Below are positions 39,505 to 51,793 of a stretch of DNA of 55,888 nt, piece by piece. Numbering within the stretch: the stretch's first letter is position 1; each line of letters opens with the position of its first letter. The DNA comes from Octopus bimaculoides. Lineage: Eukaryota. The translations under genes were made by a program, and so were the position numbers. A model generated the notes under the pieces. The model searched no databases. It was not told the DNA's origin and was given only the letters and a program-made list of their open reading frames with translations. The DNA is taken from positions 3,013,652 through 3,069,539 of the forward strand of contig NC_069003.1 in NCBI RefSeq assembly GCF_001194135.2, in the 5' to 3' direction.

Positions 39505-41664
39505 ATGTACATACATACACAGACACACACACACTTATACAAACAGAATTTTCACATATGTGTGCAAATGCCGTAGCCGTATTTTCACGATTGCCAATAT
39601 GCAGACATATGCAAATTCGTATACACGTATATACATTTACATACACATACCTATATACATATATACAGAGATATGTACACACACACACACACACACCCCC
39701 ACACACACACACACACACACACACATTGTAAGTCAAAATACATATCATTATTAGCTTTTGTCATTTCAACAATTTTTTTCCGTTTCTTCTAATACAGTTA
39801 GCTCCCTTTTTGTCCTCCTCTCCTGTTTGTTAGTCTGCTCTTTTCTGTCTCTCTTTTATCTTTTACGACTTTCATTCATTCAAATGTTCTTTTAGAAAAT
39901 ATTTTTTTTATTATATGGAATGTTACCTCATTATATTTGTCTTTTGTGCGTTTTATGTCGAATTTTGCTTATATATTCTTTTTCTTTGTGTGTGTGTAAA
40001 AAAGAACTAATATCCTTTATGTCTTAGATTTCTTTACAACAAAATGGTTTTCCTCCCTTTTTGTGTGTTTGTTGATCAACCCTTATTATATATACATAAA
40101 CATATGCGCACGCGTGCACATATCCAACCCACTCCCACACTCATATATACATATATTAAATATATATATATCTATATNNNNNNNNNNNNNNNNNNNNNNN
40201 NNNNNNNNNNNNNNNNNNNNNNNNNNNNNNNNNNNNNNNNNNNNNNNNNNNNNNNNNNNNNNNNNNNNNNNNNNNNNNNNNNNNNNNNNNNNNNNNNNNN
40301 NNNNNNNNNNNNNNNNNNNNNNNNNNNNNNNNNNNNNNNNNNNNNNNNNNNNNNNNNNNNNNNNNNNNNNNNNNNNNNNNNNNNNNNNNNNNNNNNNNNN
40401 NNNNNNNNNNNNNNNNNNNNNNNNNNNNNNNNNNNNNNNNNNNNNNNNNNNNNNNNNNNNNNNNNNNNNNNNNNNNNNNNNNNNNNNNNNNNNNNNNNNN
40501 NNNNNNNNNNNNNNNNNNNNNNNNNNNNNNNNNNNNNNNNNNNNNNNNNNNNNNNNNNNNNNNNNNNNNNNNNNNNNNNNNNNNNNNNNNNNNNNNNNNN
40601 NNNNNNNNNNNNNNNNNNNNNNNNNNNNNNNNNNNNNNNNNNNNNNNNNNNNNNNNNNNNNNNNNNNNNNNNNNNNNNNNNNNNNNNNNNNNNNNNNNNN
40701 NNNNNNNNNNNNNNNNNNNNNNNNNNNNNNNNNNNNNNNNNNNNNNNNNNNNNNNNNNNNNNNNNNNNNNNNNNNNNNNNNNNNNNNNNNNNNNNNNNNN
40801 NNNNNNNNNNNNNNNNNNNNNNNNNNNNNNNNNNNNNNNNNNNNNNNNNNNNNNNNNNNNNNNNNNNNNNNNNNNNNNNNNNNNNNNNNNNNNNNNNNNN
40901 NNNNNNNNNNNNNNNNNNNNNNNNNNNNNNNNNNNNNNNNNNNNNNNNNNNNNNNNNNNNNNNNNNNNNNNNNNNNNNNNNNNNNNNNNNNNNNNNNNNN
41001 NNNNNNNNNNNNNNNNTATATATATATATAAATGCGTGCGTGTGTACGTGTTTGCCTGTGTGTATGTGTATGTGTATATGTGTGCATACATATATATGTG
41101 TGTGAATTTATACTACCGCATACTGCGTTTGCATTATTTATTTCATTGAACGTTAAGCTTTTTCATAGATTTAAATTCTATGTGGTTCATTGCATTATCT
41201 CCCTTTGTGCATTGAAATTCCAGTATAACTGTCTGATTGTATTTCACGCTTGCATTTTTTCTCATTTTCATTTAAAAGTTTCTTTTAAAATGTTTTATGA
41301 TACTTCTTCAGAATTGTATTTTTCAGCGTAGTAATTTTGTGTGTTTGTACCTGTGTTTGTGTGTGTGCATGTTTTCGTATTTGTCTATGACTGCATGTAC
41401 ATATATATACATATAGAAGTGGTTTGGCATATGTTTGCGCTCGTGTCTGCGATTATGTTTGAATCTCGTATTATAATTTAAAAAAACAAGAAAATTATGT
41501 GGGAGAAACCTTATATAACATTGTTTTATATTGTTTCTTCTAGTTATATTACAGCACAATACGCTCTTTCCCAGCCACCCAACACCTCACTTTTTATCAA
41601 CCATACATAGTTGCGTCTCTTTTTATATGTCTTCATGTTCATATCTACGTTTGTCAGTGTAGTG

Positions 41665-41990
41665 AAGGTGCCTGGCATCGTAGTTAGTGTATTCAGCTCA
41701 GGATCGTAAGTCGCTGGGTTCGATTCTCGACCGTGCGCTGTGTCCTTCAGCAAGACGCTTTATTTCTCCATTCCGCTGAGTTAGTTTAAAGAATTGTACC
41801 TGTAATTCAAAGGGGGGCGGGCCACCCTTGTCATATTTTGTATCATGCTGAATCTTCCAGAGATCTCCGTCATCATTGGGCGTGTATCTAGAGTGCTAAG
41901 CTTGTTGCACTTTAACTTCACGTGCAAGCTGTTCCGTTGATCGAATGAAACAGAAACTCCGCTCTTAGTAATCTACGGTGTACCAATGTG
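41665..41990 (+). mobile_element. SINE family C
   Basis: tRNA-like head with gggttcgattc, then gtgtccttcagcaagacgctttatttc. The body is collinear with 21935-22200. Confidence 0.75.
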
Positions 41991-42893
41991 CCTGTTTGGT
42001 GCAGATGGCTCTTCTACAATTAAGAATTACTGTAAGGTTTGTTTAAGGATATTGAACGAAACATCCATATTTTCAGAGGTGGATTATTCAACCCCCGAAG
42101 ATTTCCTCACACTACATGGCTATTATGCTCTCACACTATTTCTGCTCGTAATAAAACCACAAACGATCATGCTTAACTGGTTAAGGTCAAACGACTGTTA
42201 AGCAAGGGTGTGGTATTGAGCAGACTATTTGCTGTAGCCCATCTTTTTATATCAAGGCAAAACAATGTACATGATAACACTTCCAATCAGTTAAGACCAG
42301 AAGCCCGGAGCTGTATCAGGGCATTTACTACTACTACTACTACCACCACCACCACCACCACCACCACCACTACTACTGCTACTTTTATTATTGTTTTTGT
42401 TGTTGGTCTTGTTATTGATATTGTTATTACTATCCTTATTAATTACATATCTATTCTCTTTATATTTTACTAAATTATATTCATTTATTTTTGTTATTTC
42501 TTTGCTGGCATTCCGCAAAATTCGCTGACTTTATAGAATTTACATTTTAAACATTTACATGTAGTTTTTACATTTACATTTCCAATTAAAGACGAAATCT
42601 ACTCATTTCCATCGAGGAAATTTTCTCGTCGAATTCAGCATTTGAATTTCAATATAATTTTCAAATCGTTGTTACTTTTATTGTTACTTTTGTGCTCGTG
42701 TTGATGCGACTACTGCTGTTGTATTACCATTTATAGCTGTTGTAAACAGCTTTATGTACATTTTTTGCTCTTTTCCTGTTTGTTTGTGTAGGATGTTTCA
42801 CGAACTGTCTGTATTTTTCAATGTAATTTTGTTTATGCATTTTATGCATATCGGTGAGTTTAATAGATGATTTCAGTAAAGTCAAATATGCAG

Positions 42894-43364
42894 AGAGAGA
42901 GAGAGAGAGAGAAAGAGAGAGGGAGAGGATGACACGAGGAGTGAAAGAGAGAGAAAGAGAGAGAGAAAAAGAGAGAGAGAGAGAGAGAGAGAAATAGTAA
43001 TAATGTGAGGTTTAAAAGTCTGTGTGAAACTCATAATGAGATGAAAACTGAGAAAACTAGAGTGAAAGAGAAAGAAAGCAAAAGAAGCGATGCAGAAAAG
43101 TAAAAGAGAAGGCAAGTGGGATAATAGAGAAGCGAGAGATAGAGAGAGAGAAACAGAGACAAAGAGAGCAAGACGTATTGGGGAAACATTGATAGGAGTT
43201 AGCGAGGAGTATCAGGACAGAAAGAAAATATGAGAGAGGAAGGAAGAGAGCTAATTGGAAAGGAAAACAGAACCAGAGAGAAAGAAATACCGACAGACAG
43301 AGAGGGGAAGAAAGAGAAATATAGGGGTGGTAAGGGAAAGGGAGAGAGAGAACGAGAGAGAGAG

Positions 43365-43396
<32 letters not shown>

Positions 43397-43560
43397 CAAG
43401 AGATAGAGGGAATAGGGAAATATAAAGAGAGAGAATAAGAATGAAAACCGAAGGAGTTAGTGATAGAGAGACGTAAGTGGAAGCCAGAGAGATCAGGAAC
43501 GAACGAAGACGAAAAAGATAAAGAGCGACGAGAATGGTTGAGAGCGAATAAAACAGAGAG

Positions 43561-43631
<71 letters not shown>

Positions 43632-43650
43632 GAGAGAAGAGAGAGAGAGT
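42894..43650. repeat. Long purine-rich (GA)n tract
   Basis: Direct inspection. A similar tract lies at about 36170-36870. Confidence 0.9.
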
Positions 43651-43871
43651 GATGCAGTTTTTGTACTTCTTATTACATCTCATTTATTTGATTCAGAGAT
43701 ATTTTTGATTTGTTTTTGTTGCTCAAGTTGTTGTACAGTTGATGTAATGTCACTTGATGATTTTCTTTAATGTTTGGTGTGTTTTAAGCTTTTTTAATTT
43801 TTTTTTTATACATATCCTCTTCAATGTTGAAGAACTACTTTTCTAGCTGATATAACCAGCATTTTAGCATA

Positions 43872-43905
43872 TGATGATGATAATAATAATAGTAATAATA
43901 ATAAC

Positions 43906-44000
<95 letters not shown>

Positions 44001-44007
44001 TAATAAT
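43872..44007. repeat. (AAT)n
   Basis: Direct inspection. Confidence 0.97.
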
Positions 44008-44145
44008 ACACTGTTTTTGCTCATGGTATTGTAATTGGTACATTTGGAAGCTGGCATTGTCAGCCATTTTCATCCCTCAAAATTCTCACTACGTTGATTT
44101 GCTAGAAATATTAGCCAATTCACAGATCACGTGTGAAGTTTGTTA

Positions 44146-45412
44146 ATACAGGGAGACTTCTTGGAAGATTAACACAGGAGACGATTTATCAAGACAAACA
44201 GCAATGTAGTATTGAAATACAGCCTGCTGTAACAAGTGCCAGAGAAACTGAATAATTCTGGTGAGTAGCATGACGATCGAATTAATCAAGTTAGATCTAA
44301 AATGGAATTGGGATTAAATAAATGTGCCTATTTAACTCTAAGAACTGTTGAATTAGCTGGGATCGAGGACATAAAATTAGATGCGGATACAGATGTCAGA
44401 GATTTAGTCTTGAATTACCCTCATAAAATTCGGGATTACATAGAAGTGTTGCGACAAACCAGACTAAGGAGTCAGACTAATAGCGGTTTCGGTTTTAACA
44501 CAAAACCAGCAATTTTATGGGACCGGGATAGTGCTCAGCTGGTACTTATTTTATCGATCCTGACAGAAGGGAAGGCAAAGTTGACCTCGGCAGAATTTAA
44601 ACTTAGAACATAGAGACGGACGAAATACCGCTAAGCTTTCTGCCCGACGTGCTAACGGTTCTGCTAGCTCGCCGCCTTGATATAAAACAACATAATAGGT
44701 GTAAATACATTTATTATCGCATTTACAAAGCATTGTTTTTAACCACGAGCTGCAAGTTAAACGAATGAAAAATCTCAGAGAAAAGTTAAACAGCAAGAAC
44801 TATCGAAATCGTCCGGAGGTTTTCAGCCAGTAATTGATAAACTGATATACCTAATTCGTAAAGATATCCGACAGAATCCGATACAAGCAGATATAAAATT
44901 ATAAAAGTTGGGCTACGAAATACTTTAGAAGGGTTATTGTTTTCTGTATTAACGAAACGAGTAACGCATAAATATTTTGTCTTTGTTTAAGGAAATATTA
45001 AAATAAAAATAGGAAGCTCAATACTGAAAAGACAAATGTTTAGATAAAATCAAAATGACATAATCGAAATGGAATTAGAAAATATACGGAAAAGTAATGG
45101 CGTGTACAGCACGGTTATTATCTCTGAAGACCCGACAGAGATGATATAATACATATTGAAATCCAACAACTGTTCAAAAGCTTTGTGCTAATGGCAGAGA
45201 CAGTAGGTCTGGTTCTAGCTGCACAGGAAAAATACCCAGCTATAAATGGTTAAGCCCATAAAAGAAGAAGAAAGTGCAGATGCTAGCGTAAATGCAGACT
45301 ACAAAACGAGTGAAATGAGATAATAGACGATAATGTTTCCGGTTTGCCAGTCGTGGCAAAATTACAGTGAAGTCGTAAATACGATAGAGTCAGCAACTTT
45401 GTAAATGACTTA
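44146..45412 (+). mobile_element. R4/Dong-type (RLE) LINE RT and C-terminal relic, interrupted by a SINE
   Basis: IQGD at about 44146. KMELGLNKCAYLT at about 44300 (MEFGLDKCA-like). From 45188: LMAETVGLVLAAQ...KCRLQNE*NEIIDDNVSGLPVVAK...RKYDRV, resembling ETEG..AAQ / KCRLC..ETIDH..SGC..LA / RHD.V. Confidence 0.7.
44487..44678 (-). mobile_element. SINE family A nested in the R4/Dong relic
   Basis: ggtacttattttatcgatcc...gttgacctcggcagaattt...gctagctcgccgcctt. Confidence 0.9.
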
Positions 45413-45968
45413 ATGTCTTCTTAGTTCAGAGTAAAACAATTTAGCAAAATTGCAAAATGTCATTCTCTGTGGTGTCAATGTATTCTCGGCTGAGCTCTCT
45501 TTTCACTGCTTATCTGGAACTCTGGTTATTTGGAACAACCCTCCTTCGGAAAATTGTGTGGTACGTTTACCACCACCGTCACCACTACTGCTACTACCAG
45601 CCGCAGGAGCAGCCTGACACAAACACCACCACCATCACCTGCAGCGTCCCCAGCATTGAGATTTTTTATCGACAATAGCAACAGCAACACCAAATCCACC
45701 AATAGGTTCTTGTCTTTTTACAGCAGACATTCAGAGTAGCTGTTTGGCTACAATATATAGCATAAAATTTCGAAATATTGTCAACGTACACAAGATGCAG
45801 AGAGTAAAATGATGAAAACACACATCCTATCCTCATACCCAGATATTTATACAGAGAAACACACACACCGAAAATATAAATATAGACTTCTACTTCTCAA
45901 TATGTTTGCTTCCTTCTATCACCCTGTCAGCATGTATATAATATAATATAGTATAATATAATATAATA

Positions 45969-46003
<35 letters not shown>

Positions 46004-46264
46004 NNNNNNNNNNNNNNNNNNNNNNNNNNNNNNNNNNNNNNNNNNNNNNNNNNNNNNNNNNNNNNNNNNNNNNNNNNNNNNNNNNNNNNNNNNNNNNNNN
46101 NNNNNNNNNNNNNNNNNNNNNNNNNNNNNNNNNNNNNNNNNNNNNNNNNNNNNNNNNNNNNNNNNNNNNNNNNNNNNNNNNNNNNNNNNNNNNNNNNNNN
46201 NNNNNNNNNNNNNNNNNNNNNNNNNNNNNNNNNNNNNNNNNNNNNNNNNNNNNNNNNNNNNNNN

Positions 46265-46314
<50 letters not shown>

Positions 46315-47113
46315 CTCACCCCATCTCTCTCCCTGCTGTCTCCATCCCTCTCTCTCTCTCTCTCGCTCTCTCTCACTCTCTATCTTTCTCTCTCTCTCTC
46401 ACTCTCTCTCTTTCTCTCTCTCTCCCTCTCTCTATTTCTATCTCTTCTCCTCTTCATCCCGCTTTCTTTGCCATTATCTTCCGCTCTTTCCTACATATAT
46501 ATATATACATATAACGTGTACATACATATATATATATATACACACAAACACATATATATGTCATACAAGCAGACGCACACACATGTATACATGTATATAT
46601 ATATATATTCATTTATAAGAAAATGTTCTCTATTGAAACCGAAATTGTGGTATATCTGAGACTTGCTATGATCAAAGAATTCACATTTTCAATTTTTGTG
46701 GTTTCTTGTTAGAAATTTTACCCAGCTCTTCCACCAACGAAAAGCTACTTCCAAGTTGGCAGCTAATTCACATTAACGGAAAGAAGGAAACCAAAAATGT
46801 GAGAGTGTGTATTGTAATTGTTCTTAGTTCCAAAAGCGTTCTGTACAAAAATGCCCACAGTGTGTAGATATAAATTTCATACAGAGACTCGAGTACTTCA
46901 GTAATATATGTACGACATATTTCCCTATCCTTACCTGCCCACACACCTACGCACTCATGCACGCACACACGCACACACACATGCGTACTCACACACGCGC
47001 GTTCATAATCACACGCGCGCACAAGGCACATAAATATATTATACGTGGGTGTTTTGTTGAAAAAAACAAATTTTTTTTTGAAAATATGTATTAATGCCTT
47101 TCCATTAGTATCT

Positions 47114-47199
<86 letters not shown>

Positions 47200-47210
47200 G
47201 TATGTATATA

Positions 47211-47518
47211 CCACTACGCCATATGCCTACGGGCATATGGCGTAGCAACGAACCCGAAGATTCCGAGTTCGATTCCAAGCAATGACCTGAATAATAACAA
47301 CGATAATAATAATAATAATAATAATGATACTAACATCGAAAAATACCGTAGGAATGAGAACCCAGGTTCGAAATTTCTCAAAGACACCTGATGAAGGCTG
47401 GAGGATATATCAGCTGAAAGGTTGTGTTAACAAAAAACAAGATGAGGACAAACATCCGTCAAATGTAAATAATGTAAATAATGTACATAATTCTTTATCT
47501 CTTAAATATAGAACTCTA
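47211..47518 (+). mobile_element. SINE family D, most complete copy: tRNA-like head + (AAT)n + hammerhead-like motif + 9-nt tandem tail
   Basis: B box GTTCGATTCC at 47267-47276. A-box-like TGGCGTAG at about 47238, with a full TGGCGTAGTGG on the inverted arm 47211-47221. Degenerate (AAT)n at about 47290-47325. The body from about 47330 aligns with 37637-37726 (+) and 37361-37519 (-). AATGTAAAT repeats at 47462-47490. The 3' terminus matches the minus copy at 25/30 nt. Confidence 0.85.
47383..47428 (+). ncRNA. Degenerate minimal type I hammerhead ribozyme motif
   Basis: GACAC-CTGATGA(47388-47394)-A-GGCTG/loop/CAGCT-GAAAG-GTT-GTGTT. Helix I, helix II and the CUGAUGA core are present. C15.2 is mutated to G. 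Confidence 0.7.
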
Positions 47519-47809
47519 TTAAACGTGTGGTAGTTGTGACTACTCAGGCCTTAGTGTGTACATACTCAAATAGTTGATTAACGCAATAATTAGGTTTAAC
47601 AGACATTTCGTCAGGCCTTGTGAGTTCATATGAGGATGTGTATGCCTTAAGATTTTGTATAAAAGTACTTCAGCTTTATAAATTAACATCAGTTCGGACA
47701 GAAAATATATTAAATTAATATTTTGCGCTTAAAATGTTTTTCTTTTCATAATTGAGTTTTTGAGATATTTGGCAGACGCTAGGTTGAAATTTGAGTACAG
47801 ATAAAGAAT

Positions 47810-48115
47810 TCTCCTTCACGTTAGTATGCAAGATGGCTACGGTGGAATTGGTCGGAGAAATGAAGCAAGTGACAGAAGTGAAGTATTCGTTGTTCAAGTG
47901 TTAAATGTCGAAATTAAAGAGCAAAAAATCACTGTTGAAATCGTGAAAAACAGCGGTGCTGACGATGACGGAGGGAAAAAAATTCTCAAGTTCGTTGATA
48001 TTCAGATCCAAACACACTCCAGAAATAAATCTAAAGACCAGTGGAAATAAGATTCTTAGATATTTCTTGAAAAAGTGGAAAATGTAACGAAATCAAAACA
48101 GATTTCTCTCAGTTT
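47810..48115 (+). mobile_element. Possible very degenerate mariner transposase N-terminal relic
   Basis: Weak similarity only. VLNVEIKEQKITVEIVKNSG and FLEKVENV resemble the mariner FLNAE..K..EI...I...YG and EKVE..I segments. No diagnostic catalytic motif. Confidence 0.3.
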
Positions 48116-48552
48116 TTGGAAAATTATCCTCATCCTCGTCGTCGTCATCATTATCATCATCATCATCATTCCCTTCTTCTCTCTTCTTCTTCTTCCTCTT
48201 TTTCTTCTTCTTCTTCCTCTTCACCCCCTCATCTTCTCTTTTTTCAGTTTTTTTCCTTGTTTCTTCTTGTCTCTTTTCCCATCTTGTTCTCTTTTTCTGT
48301 TTTTCCTTCTTTCTTCTTATCTTTTTTCTTCCTTCTTCTTCTTTTTCCTCCTCCTCCTCCTCCTCCTCCACCTTCGTCTTCTGTTTCTTTCAATTCTTCC
48401 TCCTAATCTTCTGGAAATTATTGATAATAGTGTGATTTTTGTTGTTTTGCTGTCAAAAGCGTTTAATCATATAAACACATAAGCAGAATTATAACTGCAT
48501 TGAAACACTGGTACACACTTCCAGTCAATATAGGCACATATTAGATTCTTTC

Positions 48553-48640
<88 letters not shown>

Positions 48641-48739
48641 ACATAAATACAGTCATAGAGCTCTACAAAGCTCAGCTGTGAAGTAACTGCTTATAAACAT
48701 TGGGGCATGCCTACGTTTATTCATCTATACAAATACACA

Positions 48740-48774
<35 letters not shown>

Positions 48775-50137
48775 TTATGTATATATACAATAACAGGGAG
48801 TAAAATGTGGAGGAGCGTATTTCTTGTTCTCCGAGCGCATGTTAAATGTCATTGCAAAAATCAAGTCTTCTCTGTTAAAATTCAATTTCTACGATCATGT
48901 GATTTTTGAGAGAAAACTTCTAAATTGTGATTTCTTTCCATGTTTTATTTCTTTAATTGCAATTTTTGGATTTTCGCTTCAATTCTGTTTCCCCAATTGA
49001 ATTAGAGTTCCCACATTTTGGGGTAAAAAATTATTTACATTAAACTTAATTTTGTTGAATTAGATTTGTTGATTTGGCTTTTTTTGTTCTTGCTTTTGTT
49101 GCTTAACCCGATCCCAAGTCTGACTGAGCCGGTCTTTTATCCAAGAATTCCTAACCAAAGCCATCCCTTTTTTTTGTTTTCTTTATGGTGCCATGTTTCA
49201 GAAAGTATTAGCCAGTGCGTCGTTTCTTTTGAGACGGTAGGCTTTGATAAGAGGGAAGGTTAGCTACTGTCACTAGCAGGTCAAATGACACTAAAAGAAC
49301 TTCAATTACCAATTTTGGGGGCTACGGGAATTAATTTTAAATGCCATGGCCATTTTCCATCAAAAATATTCACTTTATGCTTGAGACATATTTAGCTGTT
49401 TGAGCCTAAATGTGCGCCTGTTTGTGTGTGAATGTTCCACAACTGGCTTATTTAAATTGACTGCATGGAAAACACGTTACATTAATTAGTTTCTATTGTA
49501 TTAGAAACTTTCGCTGAAGACGTTCATCATGTGGACACGGGCTGATTATGGAGTCAAATGAAATGTTAAATATATACACAAAAGTGAGCGCAAACGTACG
49601 TTCGTGTCGCAGACACTTTAGGTTCGATTCCGTGACATTGCATAGCACATTGAGCAAATTACTTCTACCCAAAATCCGAATTGATTACTACCTTAAAAGT
49701 GATACCTTAAACATAAACAGAGCGTAATCCTGTGTACATACTTAGAAGTGTAAACAAAAATGTGTGGTTTCGAGTCTCACACGTGCGGGAAAACCTGCTT
49801 TTTTCGGTCGAGGGCATATATGCCTCCTTATTAGACTATTTTCTTTTCGCCAACCGTATTTTTGTTGTCTAAAATTCTGTACCTTACTGACTCTATAAAA
49901 AAGAAAATCTTATATAGTGTATACCAGATTTAACATATCAGTAATGTTATCTATTCGGTTTTTTAAGCTCACCAAGATGGTTTCCCAGCATCGCTATATG
50001 AATAGGTATATATATCAACCATAATTTAGAGGGAAAAGAGTAAAATGTTCCATGTAATTCATCGTTGACATTGCAATGAGTTGGCATCAGGCTTTATATC
50101 ACGATTGCATGTATTCAGTTCGATGTTAGAGAATATA

Positions 50138-50357
50138 TATAAGGGGTTCTGAAAAGATCTGGGGTTTAAGGATATCGCGAAAGGTCTGATAGAAGACCCA
50201 AGCTTTCGAGTTCTTTTATAGGGCTTAGAAAAACCGAAGAACGACTGCGATAAGTGTGAGAATTTGATAAAAGAATATTTTGAAGAAAATTATAATTATC
50301 TCACCCAGCTATATATTCTTTTACGCAAAGCCAGAAACTTCTCAGCACCCCTTCGTA
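50138..50357. mobile_element. Tc1/mariner-like MITE
   Basis: Imperfect TIRs of about 26 bp (tat-aaggggttctgaaaagat-ctgg versus the reverse complement tacgaaggggtgctgagaagtttctgg), TA termini, about 220 bp long, no ORF. A second copy lies at 32001-32140. Confidence 0.8.
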
Positions 50358-51575
50358 GAATGTATGTCAGTAGAAATATTTAATATCTGTCAGAAGGTCA
50401 CTAAAGTTTTAAATCTTTTAGTTTTGAAGTCTTCCTGTCTAATCTTATCAATTTAGCATTCCTGGAACTAGTTAATTCCGATATATTCCTCTTGGCATTC
50501 TTCTATCCGTATCTTCATAATGCTCTATCTTGTCAACAGTATCTCTGTTCAGTTTTGTATCTAATTATTTTTCTTACTGTTCTCCTCTATCATTAAATTC
50601 AATTGTACTTTTTTTATATCTTTATTCCTAATTACTATTCTCTATTCCTAACCCTAATTTCATATTTACGGTTTACTTTTACTTTTATATAATTTTATAG
50701 CTTTTTGAATTCTATATCTTATAGTTCTTATTATTCTGTATTCCATTTATCAATATTGTTATTTCTTCTTTCTTATTTTCTGGTTTCTTGTTTATATTTT
50801 GTTTTCCCCGTTTGACTGGCGAAATATCTTCGAAAATTTTGTTTTCCTCGACTCCTAATTGTCTATGTATTTCTTTTTGTTTTCATATTTTTAAAACAAT
50901 TTTACTTTATGGTAACTTTTGCTACTCATTTCTATTCTTATTCCTATAATTATATTATGTTATCTCGTTAACGGTTAATTTTCTTCTGATCACTAATTTC
51001 ATAATTGTTTATATTAAAATTCTGACTTTATTTCTATTTCGTTTTGAGTATGATTCTTTATATACGGGCGTTATATTCAACTGTTTAACCTTTCGATACT
51101 TTTATCTGAGGAGCTGGCTGTGCTTTTTCTGTTTAGACCATTGAAACAACTATAATGAAAGCAACATGAAACCAATGTTATTAGATTCACCATCATCCAG
51201 TGATTTTTCAGGTACGTATCACGTAGCCCGGAGTATCCCAGTCAAATGTATCCCCATCATTTCATTTTTTTTATGCTCGGTTTCTATAACCTTAGAAAAT
51301 ACTTCGTATCAAGTAGTACAAACTAGATTCAAACGGACCCGCCACTTCACTAGAGACAGATTCGCTATTTCCTTGTCCAGAAGTAATGCTTCTGGCCGCT
51401 GTTTTATAAAATATGGTAAATATGGTAAATATGGTAAATATGGATAAATTCGGAATTAACATTATCCAGGGTGGTAATAATAAATTCCTGATAAGACGAT
51501 CTATTGGAGGGAGGCCACGTATTACTTTAATTGTGAAATTCCTGGACAAACGATCCACTCCAATAACTTTATTAA

Positions 51576-51793
51576 TACTCTTTTCTATTCTAGGCACAAG
51601 GCCAGAAATTTTGGGTGAAGGGGCCAGTCGATTAGATCGACCCCAGTACGTAACAGGTACTTAATATATGGACCCCGAAAGAGTGAAAGGCAAAGTTGAC
51701 CTCGGCGGAATTTTAACTCAGACCGAGAAGACAGACGAAATATCGCTAAGCATTTCACCCGGCCTGCTAACGAATCTGCCAGCTCGCCGCCTT
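51576..51793 (-). mobile_element. SINE family A, near full length
   Basis: Collinear with 54745-54976 over the head and core (gaccccgaaag...gttgacctcggcggaat...gccagctcgccgcctt), with an alternative tail. Confidence 0.9.

Noticed and set aside
42070-42330. Stretch that from memory resembles an octopus interspersed repeat abutting (TAC/CAC)n
   Set aside because: It cannot be supported from this window alone.
49795-49840. GGCATATATGCC palindrome with CTAATAA...GAAA on the minus strand
   Set aside because: It would need two core substitutions and a deletion, and has no cleavage triplet or helix III.
50400-51050. Strongly T-rich strand-skewed region, considered as a decayed Penelope ORF on the minus strand
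   Set aside because: No RT or GIY-YIG motif could be read.
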